Source: Auanema rhodensis
Taxonomy: Eukaryota; Animalia; Nematoda
Length of the DNA stretch: 64,000 nt
Assembly: GCA_964057225.1 (NCBI GenBank)
Contig: OZ059896.1
Location: 22,196,001-22,260,000, forward strand
Direction: 5' to 3'
Below are positions 25,964 through 40,900 of the stretch, piece after piece; position 1 is the stretch's first letter; each line of letters opens with the position of its first letter. The translations under genes and the position numbers were made by a program. The notes under the pieces were generated by a model. It was not told the origin of the DNA, searched no databases, and saw only the letters and a program-made list of their open reading frames with translations.

Positions 25964-28900
25964 AGAATTAATTTTTTCGTTGAATAACATTGTCCATCGT
26001 CTTTGCCTTAAAAAAAGAAATCTAAAAACATCTACTTTTTGCTAAATTATTTTGAAATTTTTCGAAAAAATTTTTGTCAAAATGTTTTTGGAAGCAATGT
26101 TGAGTGTACATGGAAACTCAACATACACTAATGCATCATTTTTCAAACGATCATAACTAATTTTTGTATCAAGCGTTTCTCAATGTAGTATAGTGCATTC
26201 GATGCGAATTTTTAAGCTGCGTCGATCTGTGTTATCAGATTTGCGCTAGCTTAAAAATGCACCGAGATATCAACTGATATAAGTTTACACTTATATCCTC
26301 GATTTTCACCCTGAAGAATTAATTTTTTCGTTAAATAACATTGTCCATCGTCTTTGCCTTGAAAAATGGAATCTAAAAACATCTACTTTTTGCTAAATTA
26401 TTTTGAAATTTTTCGAAAAAATTTTTGTCAAAATGTTTTTGGAAGCAATGTTGAGTGTACATGGAAACTCAACATACACTAATGCATCATTTTTCAAACG
26501 ATCATAACTAATTTTTGTATCAAGCGTTTCTCAATGTAGTATAGTGCATTCGATGCGAATTTTTAAGCTGCGTCGATCTGTGTTATCAGATTTGCGCTAG
26601 CTTAAAAATGCACCGAGATATCAACTGATATAAGTTCACACTTATATCCTCGATTTTCACCCTGAAGAATTAATTTTTTCGTTGAATAACATTGTCCATC
26701 GTCTTTGCCTTAAAAACAGGAATCTAAAAACATCTACTTTTTGCTAAATTATTTTGAAATTTTTCGAAAAAATTTTTGTCAAAATGTTTTTGGAAGCAAT
26801 GTTGAGTGTACATGGAAACTCAACATACACTAATGCATCATTTTTCAAACGATCATAACTAATTTTTGTATCAAACGTTTCTCAATGTAGTATAGTGCAT
26901 TCGATGCGGATTTTTAAGCTGCGTCGATCTGTGTTATCAGATTTGCGCTAGCTTAAAAATGCACCGAGATATCAACTGATGTAAGTTCACACTTATATCC
27001 TCGATTTTCACCCTGAAGAATTAATTTTTTCGTTGAATAACATTGTCCATCGTCTTTGCCTTGAAAAAAGGAATCTAAAAACATCTACTTTTTGCTGAAT
27101 TATTTTGAAATTTTTCGAAAAAATTTTTGTCAAAATGTTTTTGGAAGCAATGTTGAGTGTACATGGAAACTCAACATACACTAATGCATCATTTTTCAAA
27201 CGATCATAACTAATTTTTGTATTAAGCGTTTCTCAATGTAGTATAGTGCATTCGATGCGGATTTTTAAGCTGCGTCGATCTGTGTTATCAGATTTGCGCT
27301 AGCTTAAAAATGCACCGAGATATCAACTGATGTAAGTTCACACTTATATCCTCGATTTTCACCCTGAAGAATTAATTTTTTCGTTGAATAACATTGTCCA
27401 TCGTCTTTGCCTAGAAAAAAGGAATTTAAAAACATCTACTTTTTGCTAAATTATTTTGAAATTTTTCGAAAAAATTTTTGTCAAAATGTTTTTGGAAGCA
27501 ATGTTGAGTGTACATGGAAACTCAACATACACTAATGCATCATTTTTCAAACGATCATAACTAGTTTTTGTATCAAGCGTTTCTCAATGTAGTATAGTGC
27601 ATTCGATGCGGATTTTTAAGCTGCGTCGATCTGTGTTATCAGATTTGCGCTAGCTTAAAAATGCACCGAGATATCAACTGATATAAGTTTACACTTATAT
27701 CCTCGATTTTCACCCTGAAGAATTAATTTTTTCGTTAAATAACATTGTCCATCGTCTTTGCCTTGAAAAATGGAATCTAAAAACATCTACTTTTTGCTAA
27801 ATTATTTTGAAATTTTTCGAAAAAATTTTTGTCAAAATGTTTTTGGAAGCAATGTTGAGTGTACATGGAAACTCAACACACACTAATGCATCATTTTTCA
27901 AACGATCATAACTAATTTTTGTATTAAGCGTTTCTTAATGTAGTATAGTGCATTCGATGCGGATTTTTAAGCTGCGTCGATCTGTGTTATCAGATTTGCG
28001 CTAGCTTAAAAATGCACCGAGATATCAACTGATGTAAGTTCACACTTATATCCTCGATTTTCACCCTGAAGAATTAATTTTTTCGTTGAATAACATTGTC
28101 CATCGTCTTTGCCTAGAAAAAAGAAATCTAAAAACATCTACTTTTTGCTAAATTATTTTGAAATTTTTCGAAAAAATTTTTGTCAAAATGTTTTTGGAAG
28201 CAATGTTGAGTGTACATGGAAACTCAACATACACTAATGCATCATTTTTCAAACGATCATAACTAATTTTTGTATCAAGCGTTTCTCAATGTAGTATAGT
28301 GCATTCGATGCGGATTTTTAAACTGCGTCGATCTGTGTTATCAGATTTGCGCTAGCTTAAAAATGCACCGAGATATCAACTGATATAAGTTTACACTTAT
28401 ATCCTCGATTTTCACCCTGAAGAATTAATTTTTTCGTTAAATAACATTGTCCATCGTCTTTGCCTTGAAAAATGGAATCTAAAAACATCTACTTTTTGCT
28501 AAATTATTTTGAAATTTTTCGAAAAAATTTTTGTCAAAATGTTTTTGGAAGCAATGTTGAGTGTACATGGAAACTCAACATACACTAATGCATCATTTTT
28601 CAAACGATCATAACTAATTTTTGTATCAAGCGTTTCTCAATGTAGTATAGTGCATTCGATGCGAATTTTTAAGCTGCGTCGATCTGTGTTATCAGATTTG
28701 CGCTAGCTTAAAAATGCACCGAGATATCAACTGATATAAGTTCACACTTATATCCTCGATTTTCACCCTGAAGAATTAATTTTTTCGTTGAATAACATTG
28801 TCCATCGTCTTTGCCTTAAAAACAGGAATCTAAAAACATCTACTTTTTGCTAAATTATTTTGAAATTTTTCGAAAAAATTTTTGTCAAAATGTTTTTGGA

Positions 28901-31900
28901 AGCAATGTTGAGTGTACATGGAAACTCAACATACACTAATGCATCATTTTTCAAACGATCATAACTAATTTTTGTATCAAACGTTTCTCAATGTAGTATA
29001 GTGCATTCGATGCGGATTTTTAAACTGCGTCGATCTGTGTTATCAGATTTGCGCTAGCTTAAAAATGCACCGAGATATCAACTGATGTAAGTTCACACTT
29101 ATATCCTCGATTTTCACCCTGAAGAATTAATTTTTTCGTTGAATAACATTGTCCATCGTCTTTGCCTAGAAAAAAGGAATCTAAAAACATCTACTTTTTG
29201 CTAAATTATTTTGAAATTTTTCGAAAAAATTTTTGTCAAAATGTTTTTGGAAGCAATGTTGAGTGTACATGGAAACTCAACATACACTAATGCATCATTT
29301 TTCAAACGATCATAACTAATTTTTGTATCAAGCGTTTCTCAATGTAGTATAGTGCATTCGATGCGGATTTTTAAGCTGCGTCGATCTGTGTTATCAGATT
29401 TGCGCTAGCTTAAAAATGCACCGAGATATCAACTGATATAAGTTTACACTTATATCCTCGATTTTCACCCTGAAGAATTAATTTTTTCGTTAAATAACAT
29501 TGTCCATCGTCTTTGCCTTGAAAAATGGAATCTAAAAACATCTACTTTTTGCTAAATTATTTTGAAATTTTTCGAAAAAATTTTTGTCAAAATGTTTTTG
29601 GAAGCAATGTTGAGTGTACATGGAAACTCAACATACACTAATGCATCATTTTTCAAACGATCATAACTAATTTTTGTATCAAGCGTTTCTCAATGTAGTA
29701 TAGTGCATTCGATGCGAATTTTTAAGCTGCGTCGATCTGTGTTATCAGATTTGCGCTAGCTTAAAAATGCACCGAGATATCAACTGATATAAGTTCACAC
29801 TTATATCCTCGATTTTCACCCTGAAGAATTAATTTTTTCGTTGAATAACATTGTCCATCGTCTTTGCCTTAAAAACAGGAATCTAAAAACATCTACTTTT
29901 TGCTAAATTATTTTGAAATTTTTCGAAAAAATTTTTGTCAAAATGTTTTTGGAAGCAATGTTGAGTGTACATGGAAACTCAACATACACTAATGCATCAT
30001 TTTTCAAACGATCATAACTAATTTTTGTATTAAGCGTTTCTCAATGTAGTATAGTGCATTCGATGCGGATTTTTAAGCTGCGTCGATCTGTGTTATCAGA
30101 TTTGCGCTAGCTTAAAAATGCACCGAGATATCAACTGATGTAAGTTCACACTTATATCCTCGATTTTCACCCTGAAGAATTAATTTTTTCGTTGAATAAC
30201 ATTGTCCATCGTCTTTGCCTAGAAAAAAGGAATCTAAAAACATATACTTTTTGCTAAATTATTTTGAAATTTTTCGAAAAAATTTTTGTCAAAATGTTTT
30301 TGGAAGCAATGTTGAGTGTACATGGAAACTCAACATACACTAATGCATCATTTTTCAAACGATCATAACTAATTTTTGTATCAAGCGTTTCTCAATGTAG
30401 TATAGTGCATTCGATGCGAATTTTTAAGCTGCGTCGATCTGTGTTATCAGATTTGCGCTAGCTTAAAAATGCACCGAGATATCAACTGATATAAGTTCAC
30501 ACTTATATCCTCGATTTTCACCCTGAAGAATTAATTTTTTCGTTGAATAACATTGTCCATCGTCTTTGCCTTAAAAAAAGGAATCTAAAAACATCTACTT
30601 TTTGCTAAATTATTTTGAAATTTTTCGAAAAAATTTTTGTCAAAATGTTTTTGGAAGCAATGTTGAGTGTACATGGAAACTCAACATACACTAATGCATC
30701 ATTTTTCAAACGATCATAACTAATTTTTGTATCAAACGTTTCTCAATGTAGTATAGTGCATTCGATGCGGATTTTTGAGCTGCGTCGATCTGTGTTATCA
30801 GATTTGCGCTAGCTTAAAAATGCACCGAGATATCAACTGATATAAGTTCACACTTATATCCTCGATTTTCACCCTGAAGAATTAATTTTTTCGTTGAATA
30901 ATATTGTCCATCGTCTTTGCCTTGAAAAAAGGAATCTAAAAACATCTACTTTTTCCTAAATTATTTTGAAATTTTTCGAAAAAATTTTTGTCAAAATGTT
31001 TTTGGAAGCAATGTTGAGTGTACATGGAAACTCAACATACACTAATGCATCATTTTTCAAACGATCATAACTAATTTTTGTATTAAGCGTTTCTCAATGT
31101 AGTATAGTGCATTCGATGCGGATTTTTAAGCTGCGTCGATCTGTGTTATCAGATTTGCGCTAGCTTAAAAATGCACCGAGATATCAACTGATATAAGTTC
31201 ACACTTATATCCTCGATTTTCACCCTGAAGAATTGATTTTTTCGTTGAATAACATTGTCCATCGTCTTTGCCTTGAAAAAAGGAATCTAAAAACATCTAC
31301 TTTTTCCTAAATTATTTTGAAATTTTTCGAAAAAATTTTTGTCAAAATGTTTTTGGAAGCAATGTTGAGTGTACATGGAAACTCAACATACACTAATGCA
31401 TCATTTTTCAAACGATCATAACTAAATTTTGTATCAAGCGTTTCTCAATGTAATATAGTGCATTCGATGCGGATTTTTAAGCTGCGTCGATCTGTGTTAT
31501 CAGATTTGCGCTAGCTTAAAAATGCACCGAGATATCAACTGATATAAGTTCACACTTATATCCTCGATTTTCACCCTGAAGAATTGATTTTTTCGTTGAA
31601 TAACATTGTCCATCGTCTTTGCCTTGAAAAAAGGAATCTAAAAACATCTACTTTTTCCTAAATTATTTTGAAATTTTTCGAAAAAATTTTTGTCAAAATG
31701 TTTTTGGAAGCAATGTTGAGTGTACATGGAAACTCAACATACACTAATGCATCATTTTTCAAACGATCATAACTAATTTTTGTATTAAGCGTTTCTCAAT
31801 GTAGTATAGTGCATTCGATGCGGATTTTTAAGCTGCGTCGATCTGTGTTATCAGATTTGCGCTAGCTTAAAAATGCACCGAGATATCAACTGATGTAAGT

Positions 31901-34900
31901 TCACACTTATATCCTCGATTTTCACCCTGAAGAATTAATTTTTTCGTTGAATAACATTGTCCATCGTCTTTGCCTAGAAAAAAGGAATCTAAAAACATCT
32001 ACTTTTTGCTAAATTATTTTGAAATTTTTCGAAAAAATTTTTGTCAAAATGTTTTTGGAAGCAATGTTGAGTGTACATGGAAACTCAACATACACTAATG
32101 CATCATTTTTCAAACGATCATAACTAATTTTTGTATCAAGCGTTTCTCAATGTAGTATAGTGCATTCGATGCGGATTTTTAAGCTGCGTCGATCTGTGTT
32201 ATCAGATTTGCGCTAGCTTAAAAATGCACCGAGATATCAACTGATGTAAGTTCACACTTATATCCTCGATTTTCACCCTGAAGAATTAATTTTTTCGTTG
32301 AATAACATTGTCCATCGTCTTTGCCTTGAAAAAAGGAATCTAAAAACATCTACTTTTTGCTAAATTATTTTGAAATTTTTCGAAAAAATTTTTGTCAAAA
32401 TGTTTTTGGAAGCAATGTTGAGTGTACATGGAAACTCAACATACACTAATGCATCATTTTTCAAACGATCATAACTAATTTTTGTATCAAACGTTTCTCA
32501 ATGTAGTATAGTGCATTCGATGCGGATTTTTGAGCTGCGTCGATCTGTGTTATCAGATTTGCGCTAGCTTAAAAATGCACCGAGATATCAACTGATATAA
32601 GTTCACACTTATATCCTCGATTTTCACCCTGAAGAATTAATTTTTTCGTTGAATAATATTGTCCATCGTCTTTGCCTTGAAAAAAGGAATCTAAAAACAT
32701 CTACTTTTTCCTAAATTATTTTGAAATTTTTCGAAAAAATTTTTGTCAAAATGTTTTTGGAAGCAATGTTGAGTGTACATGGAAACTCAACATACACTAA
32801 TGCATCATTTTTCAAACGATCATAACTAATTTTTGTATTAAGCGTTTCTCAATGTAGTATAGTGCATTCGATGCGGATTTTTAAGCTGCGTCGATCTGTG
32901 TTATCAGATTTGCGCTAGCTTAAAAATGCACCGAGATATCAACTGATATAAGTTCACACTTATATCCTCGATTTTCACCCTGAAGAATTGATTTTTTCGT
33001 TGAATAACATTGTCCATCGTCTTTGCCTTGAAAAAAGGAATCTAAAAACATCTACTTTTTCCTAAATTATTTTGAAATTTTTCGAAAAAATTTTTGTCAA
33101 AATGTTTTTGGAAGCAATGTTGAGTGTACATGGAAACTCAACATACACTAATGCATCATTTTTCAAACGATCATAACTAAATTTTGTATCAAGCGTTTCT
33201 CAATGTAATATAGTGCATTCGATGCGGATTTTTAAGCTGCGTCGATCTGTGTTATCAGATTTGCGCTAGCTTAAAAATGCACCGAGATATCAACTGATAT
33301 AAGTTCACACTTATATCCTCGATTTTCACCCTGAAGAATTGATTTTTTCGTTGAATAACATTGTCCATCGTCTTTGCCTTGAAAAAAGGAATCTAAAAAC
33401 ATCTACTTTTTCCTAAATTATTTTGAAATTTTTCGAAAAAATTTTTGTCAAAATGTTTTTGGAAGCAATGTTGAGTGTACATGGAAACTCAACATACACT
33501 AATGCATCATTTTTCAAACGATCATAACTAATTTTTGTATTAAGCGTTTCTCAATGTAGTATAGTGCATTCGATGCGGATTTTTAAGCTGCGTCGATCTG
33601 TGTTATCAGATTTGCGCTAGCTTAAAAATGCACCGAGATATCAACTGATGTAAGTTCACACTTATATCCTCGATTTTCACCCTGAAGAATTAATTTTTTC
33701 GTTGAATAACATTGTCCATCGTCTTTGCCTAGAAAAAAGGAATCTAAAAACATCTACTTTTTGCTAAATTATTTTGAAATTTTTCGAAAAAATTTTTGTC
33801 AAAATGTTTTTGGAAGCAATGTTGAGTGTACATGGAAACTCAACATACACTAATGCATCATTTTTCAAACGATCATAACTAATTTTTGTATCAAGCGTTT
33901 CTCAATGTAGTATAGTGCATTCGATGCGGATTTTTAAGCTGCGTCGATCTGTGTTATCAGATTTGCGCTAGCTTAAAAATGCACCGAGATATCAACTGAT
34001 ATAAGTTTACACTTATATCCTCGATTTTCACCCTGAAGAATTAATTTTTTCGTTAAATAACATTGTCCATCGTCTTTGCCTTGAAAAATGGAATCTAAAA
34101 ACATCTACTTTTTGCTAAATTATTTTGAAATTTTTCGAAAAAATTTTTGTCAAAATGTTTTTGGAAGCAATGTTGAGTGTACATGGAAACTCAACATACA
34201 CTAATGCATCATTTTTCAAACGATCATAACTAATTTTTGTATCAAGCGTTTCTCAATGTAGTATAGTGCATTCGATGCGAATTTTTAAGCTGCGTCGATC
34301 TGTGTTATCAGATTTGCGCTAGCTTAAAAATGCACCGAGATATCAACTGATATAAGTTCACACTTATATCCTCGATTTTCACCCTGAAGAATTAATTTTT
34401 TCGTTGAATAACATTGTCCATCGTCTTTGCCTTAAAAACAGGAATCTAAAAACATCTACTTTTTGCTAAATTATTTTGAAATTTTTCGAAAAAATTTTTG
34501 TCAAAATGTTTTTGGAAGCAATGTTGAGTGTACATGGAAACTCAACATACACTAATGCATCATTTTTCAAACGATCATAACTAATTTTTGTATCAAACGT
34601 TTCTCAATGTAGTATAGTGCATTCGATGCGGATTTTTAAGCTGCGTCGATCTGTGTTATCAGATTTGCGCTAGCTTAAAAATGCACCGAGATATCAACTG
34701 ATGTAAGTTCACACTTATATCCTCGATTTTCACCCTGAAGAATTAATTTTTTCGTTGAATAACATTGTCCATCGTCTTTGCCTTGAAAAAAGGAATCTAA
34801 AAACATCTACTTTTTGCTAAATTATTTTGAAATTTTTCGAAAAAATTTTTGTCAAAATGTTTTTGGAAGCAATGTTGAGTGTACATGGAAACTCAACATA

Positions 34901-37900
34901 CACTAATGCATCATTTTTCAAACGATCATAACTAATTTTTGTATCAAACGTTTCTCAATGTAGTATAGTGCATTCGATGCGGATTTTTAAGCTGCGTCGA
35001 TCTGTGTTATCAGATTTGCGCTAGCTTAAAAATGCACCGAGATATCAACTGATGTAAGTTCACACTTATATCCTCGATTTTCACCCTGAAGAATTAATTT
35101 TTTCGTTGAATAACATTGTCCATCGTCTTTGCCTTGAAAAAAGGAATCTAAAAACATCTACTTTTTGCTAAATTATTTTGAAATTTTTCGAAAAAATTTT
35201 TGTCAAAATGTTTTTGGAAGCAATGTTGAGTGTACATGGAAACTCAACATACACTAATGCATCATTTTTCAAACGATCATAACTAATTTTTGTTTCAAAC
35301 GTTTCTCAATGTAGTATAGTGCATTCGATGCGGATTTTTGAGCTGCGTCGATCTGTGTTATCAGATTTGCGCTAGCTTAAAAATGCACCGAGATATCAAC
35401 TGATATAAGTTCACACTTATATCCTCGATTTTCACCCTGAAGAATTAATTTTTTCGTTGAATAACATTGTCCATCGTCTTTGCCTTGAAAAAAGGAATCT
35501 AAAAACATCTACTTTTTGCTGAATTATTTTGAAATTTTTCGAAAAAATTTTTGTCAAAATGTTTTTGGAAGCAATGTTGAGTGTACATGGAAACTCAACA
35601 TACACTAATGCATCATTTTTCGAACGATCATAACTAATTTTTGTATTAAGCGTTTCTCAATGTAGTATAGTGCATTCGATGCGGATTTTTAAGCTGCGTC
35701 GATCTGTGTTATCAGATTTGCGCTAGCTTAAAAATGCACCGAGATATCAACTGATGTAAGTTCACACTTATATCCTCGATTTTCACCCTGAAGAATTAAT
35801 TTTTTCGTTGAATAACATTGTCCATCGTCTTTGCCTAGAAAAAAGGAATCTAAAAACATATACTTTTTGCTAAATTATTTTGAAATTTTTCGAAAAAATT
35901 TTTGTCAAAATGTTTTTGGAAGCAATGTTGAGTGTACATGGAAACTCAACATACACTAATGCATCATTTTTCAAACGATCATAACTAATTTTTGTATCAA
36001 GCGTTTCTCAATGTAGTATAGTGCATTCGATGCGAATTTTTAAGCTGCGTCGATCTGTGTTATCAGATTTGCGCTAGCTTAAAAATGCACCGAGATATCA
36101 ACTGATATAAGTTCACACTTATATCCTCGATTTTCACCCTGAAGAATTAATTTTTTCGTTGAATAACATTGTCCATCGTCTTTGCCTTAAAAACAGGAAT
36201 CTAAAAACATCTACTTTTTGCTAAATTATTTTGAAATTTTTCGAAAAAATTTTTGTCAAAATGTTTTTGGAAGCAATGTTGAGTGTACATGGAAACTCAA
36301 CATACACTAATGCATCATTTTTCAAACGATCATAACTAATTTTTGTATCAAACGTTTCTCAATGTAGTATAGTGCATTCGATGCGGATTTTTAAGCTGCG
36401 TCGATCTGTGTTATCAGATTTGCGCTAGCTTAAAAATGCACCGAGATATCAACTGATGTAAGTTCACACTTATATCCTCGATTTTCACCCTGAAGAATTA
36501 ATTTTTTCGTTGAATAACATTGTCCATCGTCTTTGCCTTGAAAAAAGGAATCTAAAAACATCTACTTTTTGCTAAATTATTTTGAAATTTTTCGAAAAAA
36601 TTTTTGTCAAAATGTTTTTGGAAGCAATGTTGAGTGTACATGGAAACTCAACATACACTAATGCATCATTTTTCAAACGATCATAACTAATTTTTGTATC
36701 AAACGTTTCTCAATGTAGTATAGTGCATTCGATGCGGATTTTTAAGCTGCGTCGATCTGTGTTATCAGATTTGCGCTAGCTTAAAAATGCACCGAGATAT
36801 CAACTGATGTAAGTTCACACTTATATCCTCGATTTTCACCCTGAAGAATTAATTTTTTCGTTGAATAACATTGTCCATCGTCTTTGCCTTGAAAAAAGGA
36901 ATCTAAAAACATCTACTTTTTGCTAAATTATTTTGAAATTTTTCGAAAAAATTTTTGTCAAAATGTTTTTGGAAGCAATGTTGAGTGTACATGGAAACTC
37001 AACATACACTAATGCATCATTTTTCAAACGATCATAACTAATTTTTGTTTCAAACGTTTCTCAATGTAGTATAGTGCATTCGATGCGGATTTTTGAGCTG
37101 CGTCGATCTGTGTTATCAGATTTGCGCTAGCTTAAAAATGCACCGAGATATCAACTGATATAAGTTCACACTTATATCCTCGATTTTCACCCTGAAGAAT
37201 TAATTTTTTCGTTGAATAACATTGTCCATCGTCTTTGCCTTGAAAAAAGGAATCTAAAAACATCTACTTTTTGCTGAATTATTTTGAAATTTTTCGAAAA
37301 AATTTTTGTCAAAATGTTTTTGGAAGCAATGTTGAGTGTACATGGAAACTCAACATACACTAATGCATCATTTTTCGAACGATCATAACTAATTTTTGTA
37401 TTAAGCGTTTCTCAATGTAGTATAGTGCATTCGATGCGGATTTTTAAGCTGCGTCGATCTGTGTTATCAGATTTGCGCTAGCTTAAAAATGCACCGAGAT
37501 ATCAACTGATGTAAGTTCACACTTATATCCTCGATTTTCACCCTGAAGAATTAATTTTTTCGTTGAATAACATTGTCCATCGTCTTTGCCTAGAAAAAAG
37601 GAATCTAAAAACATATACTTTTTGCTAAATTATTTTGAAATTTTTCGAAAAAATTTTTGTCAAAATGTTTTTGGAAGCAATGTTGAGTGTACATGGAAAC
37701 TCAACATACACTAATGCATCATTTTTCAAACGATCATAACTAATTTTTGTATCAAGCGTTTCTCAATGTAGTATAGTGCATTCGATGCGAATTTTTAAGC
37801 TGCGTCGATCTGTGTTATCAGATTTGCGCTAGCTTAAAAATGCACCGAGATATCAACTGATATAAGTTCACACTTATATCCTCGATTTTCACCCTGAAGA

Positions 37901-40900
37901 ATTAATTTTTTCGTTGAATAACATTGTCCATCGTCTTTGCCTAGAAAAAAGGAATCTAAAAACATCTACTTTTTGCTAAATTATTTTGAAATTTTTCGAA
38001 AAAATTTTTGTCAAAATGTTTTTGGAAGCAATGTTGAGTGTACATGGAAACTCAACATACACTAATGCATCATTTTTCAAACGATCATAACTAATTTTTG
38101 TATCAAGCGTTTCTCAATGTAGTATAGTGCATTCGATGCGGATTTTTAAGCTGCGTCGATCTGTGTTATCAGATTTGCGCTAGCTTAAAAATGCACCGAG
38201 ATATCAACTGATATAAGTTTACACTTATATCCTCGATTTTCACCCTGAAGAATTAATTTTTTCGTTAAATAACATTGTCCATCGTCTTTGCCTTGAAAAA
38301 TGGAATCTAAAAACATCTACTTTTTGCTAAATTATTTTGAAATTTTTCGAAAAAATTTTTGTCAAAATGTTTTTGGAAGCAATGTTGAGTGTACATGGAA
38401 ACTCAACATACACTAATGCATCATTTTTCAAACGATCATAACTAATTTTTGTATCAAGCGTTTCTCAATGTAGTATAGTGCATTCGATGCGAATTTTTAA
38501 GCTGCGTCGATCTGTGTTATCAGATTTGCGCTAGCTTAAAAATGCACCGAGATATCAACTGATATAAGTTCACACTTATATCCTCGATTTTCACCCTGAA
38601 GAATTAATTTTTTCGTTGAATAACATTGTCCATCGTCTTTGCCTTAAAAACAGGAATCTAAAAACATCTACTTTTTGCTAAATTATTTTGAAATTTTTCG
38701 AAAAAATTTTTGTCAAAATGTTTTTGGAAGCAATGTTGAGTGTACATGGAAACTCAACATACACTAATGCATCATTTTTCAAACGATCATAACTAATTTT
38801 TGTATCAAACGTTTCTCAATGTAGTATAGTGCATTCGATGCGGATTTTTAAGCTGCGTCGATCTGTGTTATCAGATTTGCGCTAGCTTAAAAATGCACCG
38901 AGATATCAACTGATATAAGTTCACACTTATATCCTCGATTTTCACCCTGAAGAATTAATTTTTTCGTTGAATAACATTGTCCATCGTCTTTGCCATAAAA
39001 ACAGGAATCTAAAAACATCTACTTTTTGCTAAATTATTTTGAAATTTTTCGAAAAAATTTTTGTCAAAATGTTTTTGGAAGCAATGTTGAGTGTACATGG
39101 AAACTCAACATACACTAATGCATCATTTTTCAAACGATCATAACTAATTTTTGTATCAAACGTTTCTCAATGTAGTATAGTGCATTCGATGCGGATTTTT
39201 GAGCTGCGTCGATCTGTGTTATCAGATTTGCGCTAGCTTAAAAATGCACCGAGATATCAACTGATATAAGTTCACACTTATATCCTCGATTTTCACCCTG
39301 AAGAATTAATTTTTTCGTTGAATAACATTGTCCATCGTCTTTGCCTTAAAAACAGGAATCTAAAAACATCTACTTTTTGCTAAATTATTTTGAAATTTTT
39401 CGAAAAAATTTTTGTCAAAATGTTTTTGGAAGCAATGTTGAGTGTACATGGAAACTCAACATACACTAATGCATCATTTTTCAAACGATCATAACTAATT
39501 TTTGTATCAAACGTTTCTCAATGTAGTATAGTGCATTCGATGCGGATTTTTAAGCTGCGTCGATCTGTGTTATCAGATTTGCGCTAGCTTAAAAATGCAC
39601 CGAGATATCAACTGATATAAGTTCACACTTATATCCTCGATTTTCACCCTGAAGAATTAATTTTTTCGTTGAATAACATTGTCCATCGTCTTTGCCTTAA
39701 AAACAGGAATCTAAAAACATCTACTTTTTGCTAAATTATTTTGAAATTTTTCGAAAAAATTTTTGTCAAAATGTTTTTGGAAGCAATGTTGAGTGTACAT
39801 GGAAACTCAACATACACTAATGCATCATTTTTCAAACGATCATAACTAATTTTTGTATCAAACGTTTCTCAATGTAGTATAGTGCATTCGATGCGGATTT
39901 TTGAGCTGCGTCGATCTGTGTTATCAGATTTGCGCTAGCTTAAAAATGCACCGAGATATCAACTGATATAAGTTCACACTTATATCCTCGATTTTCACCC
40001 TGAAGAATTAATTTTTTCGTTGAATAACATTGTCCATCGTCTTTGCCTTAAAAACAGGAATCTAAAAACATCTACTTTTTGCTAAATTATTTTGAAATTT
40101 TTCGAAAAAATTTTTGTCAAAATGTTTTTGGAAGCAATGTTGAGTGTACATGGAAACTCAACATACACTAATGCATCATTTTTCAAACGATCATAACTAA
40201 TTTTTGTATCAAACGTTTCTCAATGTAGTATAGTGCATTCGATGCGGATTTTTAAGCTGCGTCGATCTGTGTTATCAGATTTGCGCTAGCTTAAAAATGC
40301 ACCGAGATATCAACTGATGTAAGTTCACACTTATATCCTCGATTTTCACCCTGAAGAATTAATTTTTTCGTTGAATAACATTGTCCATCGTCTTTGCCTT
40401 GAAAAAAGGAATCTAAAAACATCTACTTTTTGCTAAATTATTTTGAAATTTTTCGAAAAAATTTTTGTCAAAATGTTTTTGGAAGCAATGTTGAGTGTAC
40501 ATGGAAACTCAACATACACTAATGCATCATTTTTCAAACGATCATAACTAATTTTTGTTTCAAACGTTTCTCAATGTAGTATAGTGCATTCGATGCGGAT
40601 TTTTGAGCTGCGTCGATCTGTGTTATCAGATTTGCGCTAGCTTAAAAATGCACCGAGATATCAACTGATATAAGTTCACACTTATATCCTCGATTTTCAC
40701 CCTGAAGAATTAATTTTTTCGTTGAATAACATTGTCCATCGTCTTTGCCTTAAAAACAGGAATCTAAAAACATCTACTTTTTGCTAAATTATTTTGAAAT
40801 TTTTCGAAAAAATTTTTGTCAAAATGTTTTTGGAAGCAATGTTGAGTGTACATGGAAACTCAACATACACTAATGCATCATTTTTCAAACGATCATAACT

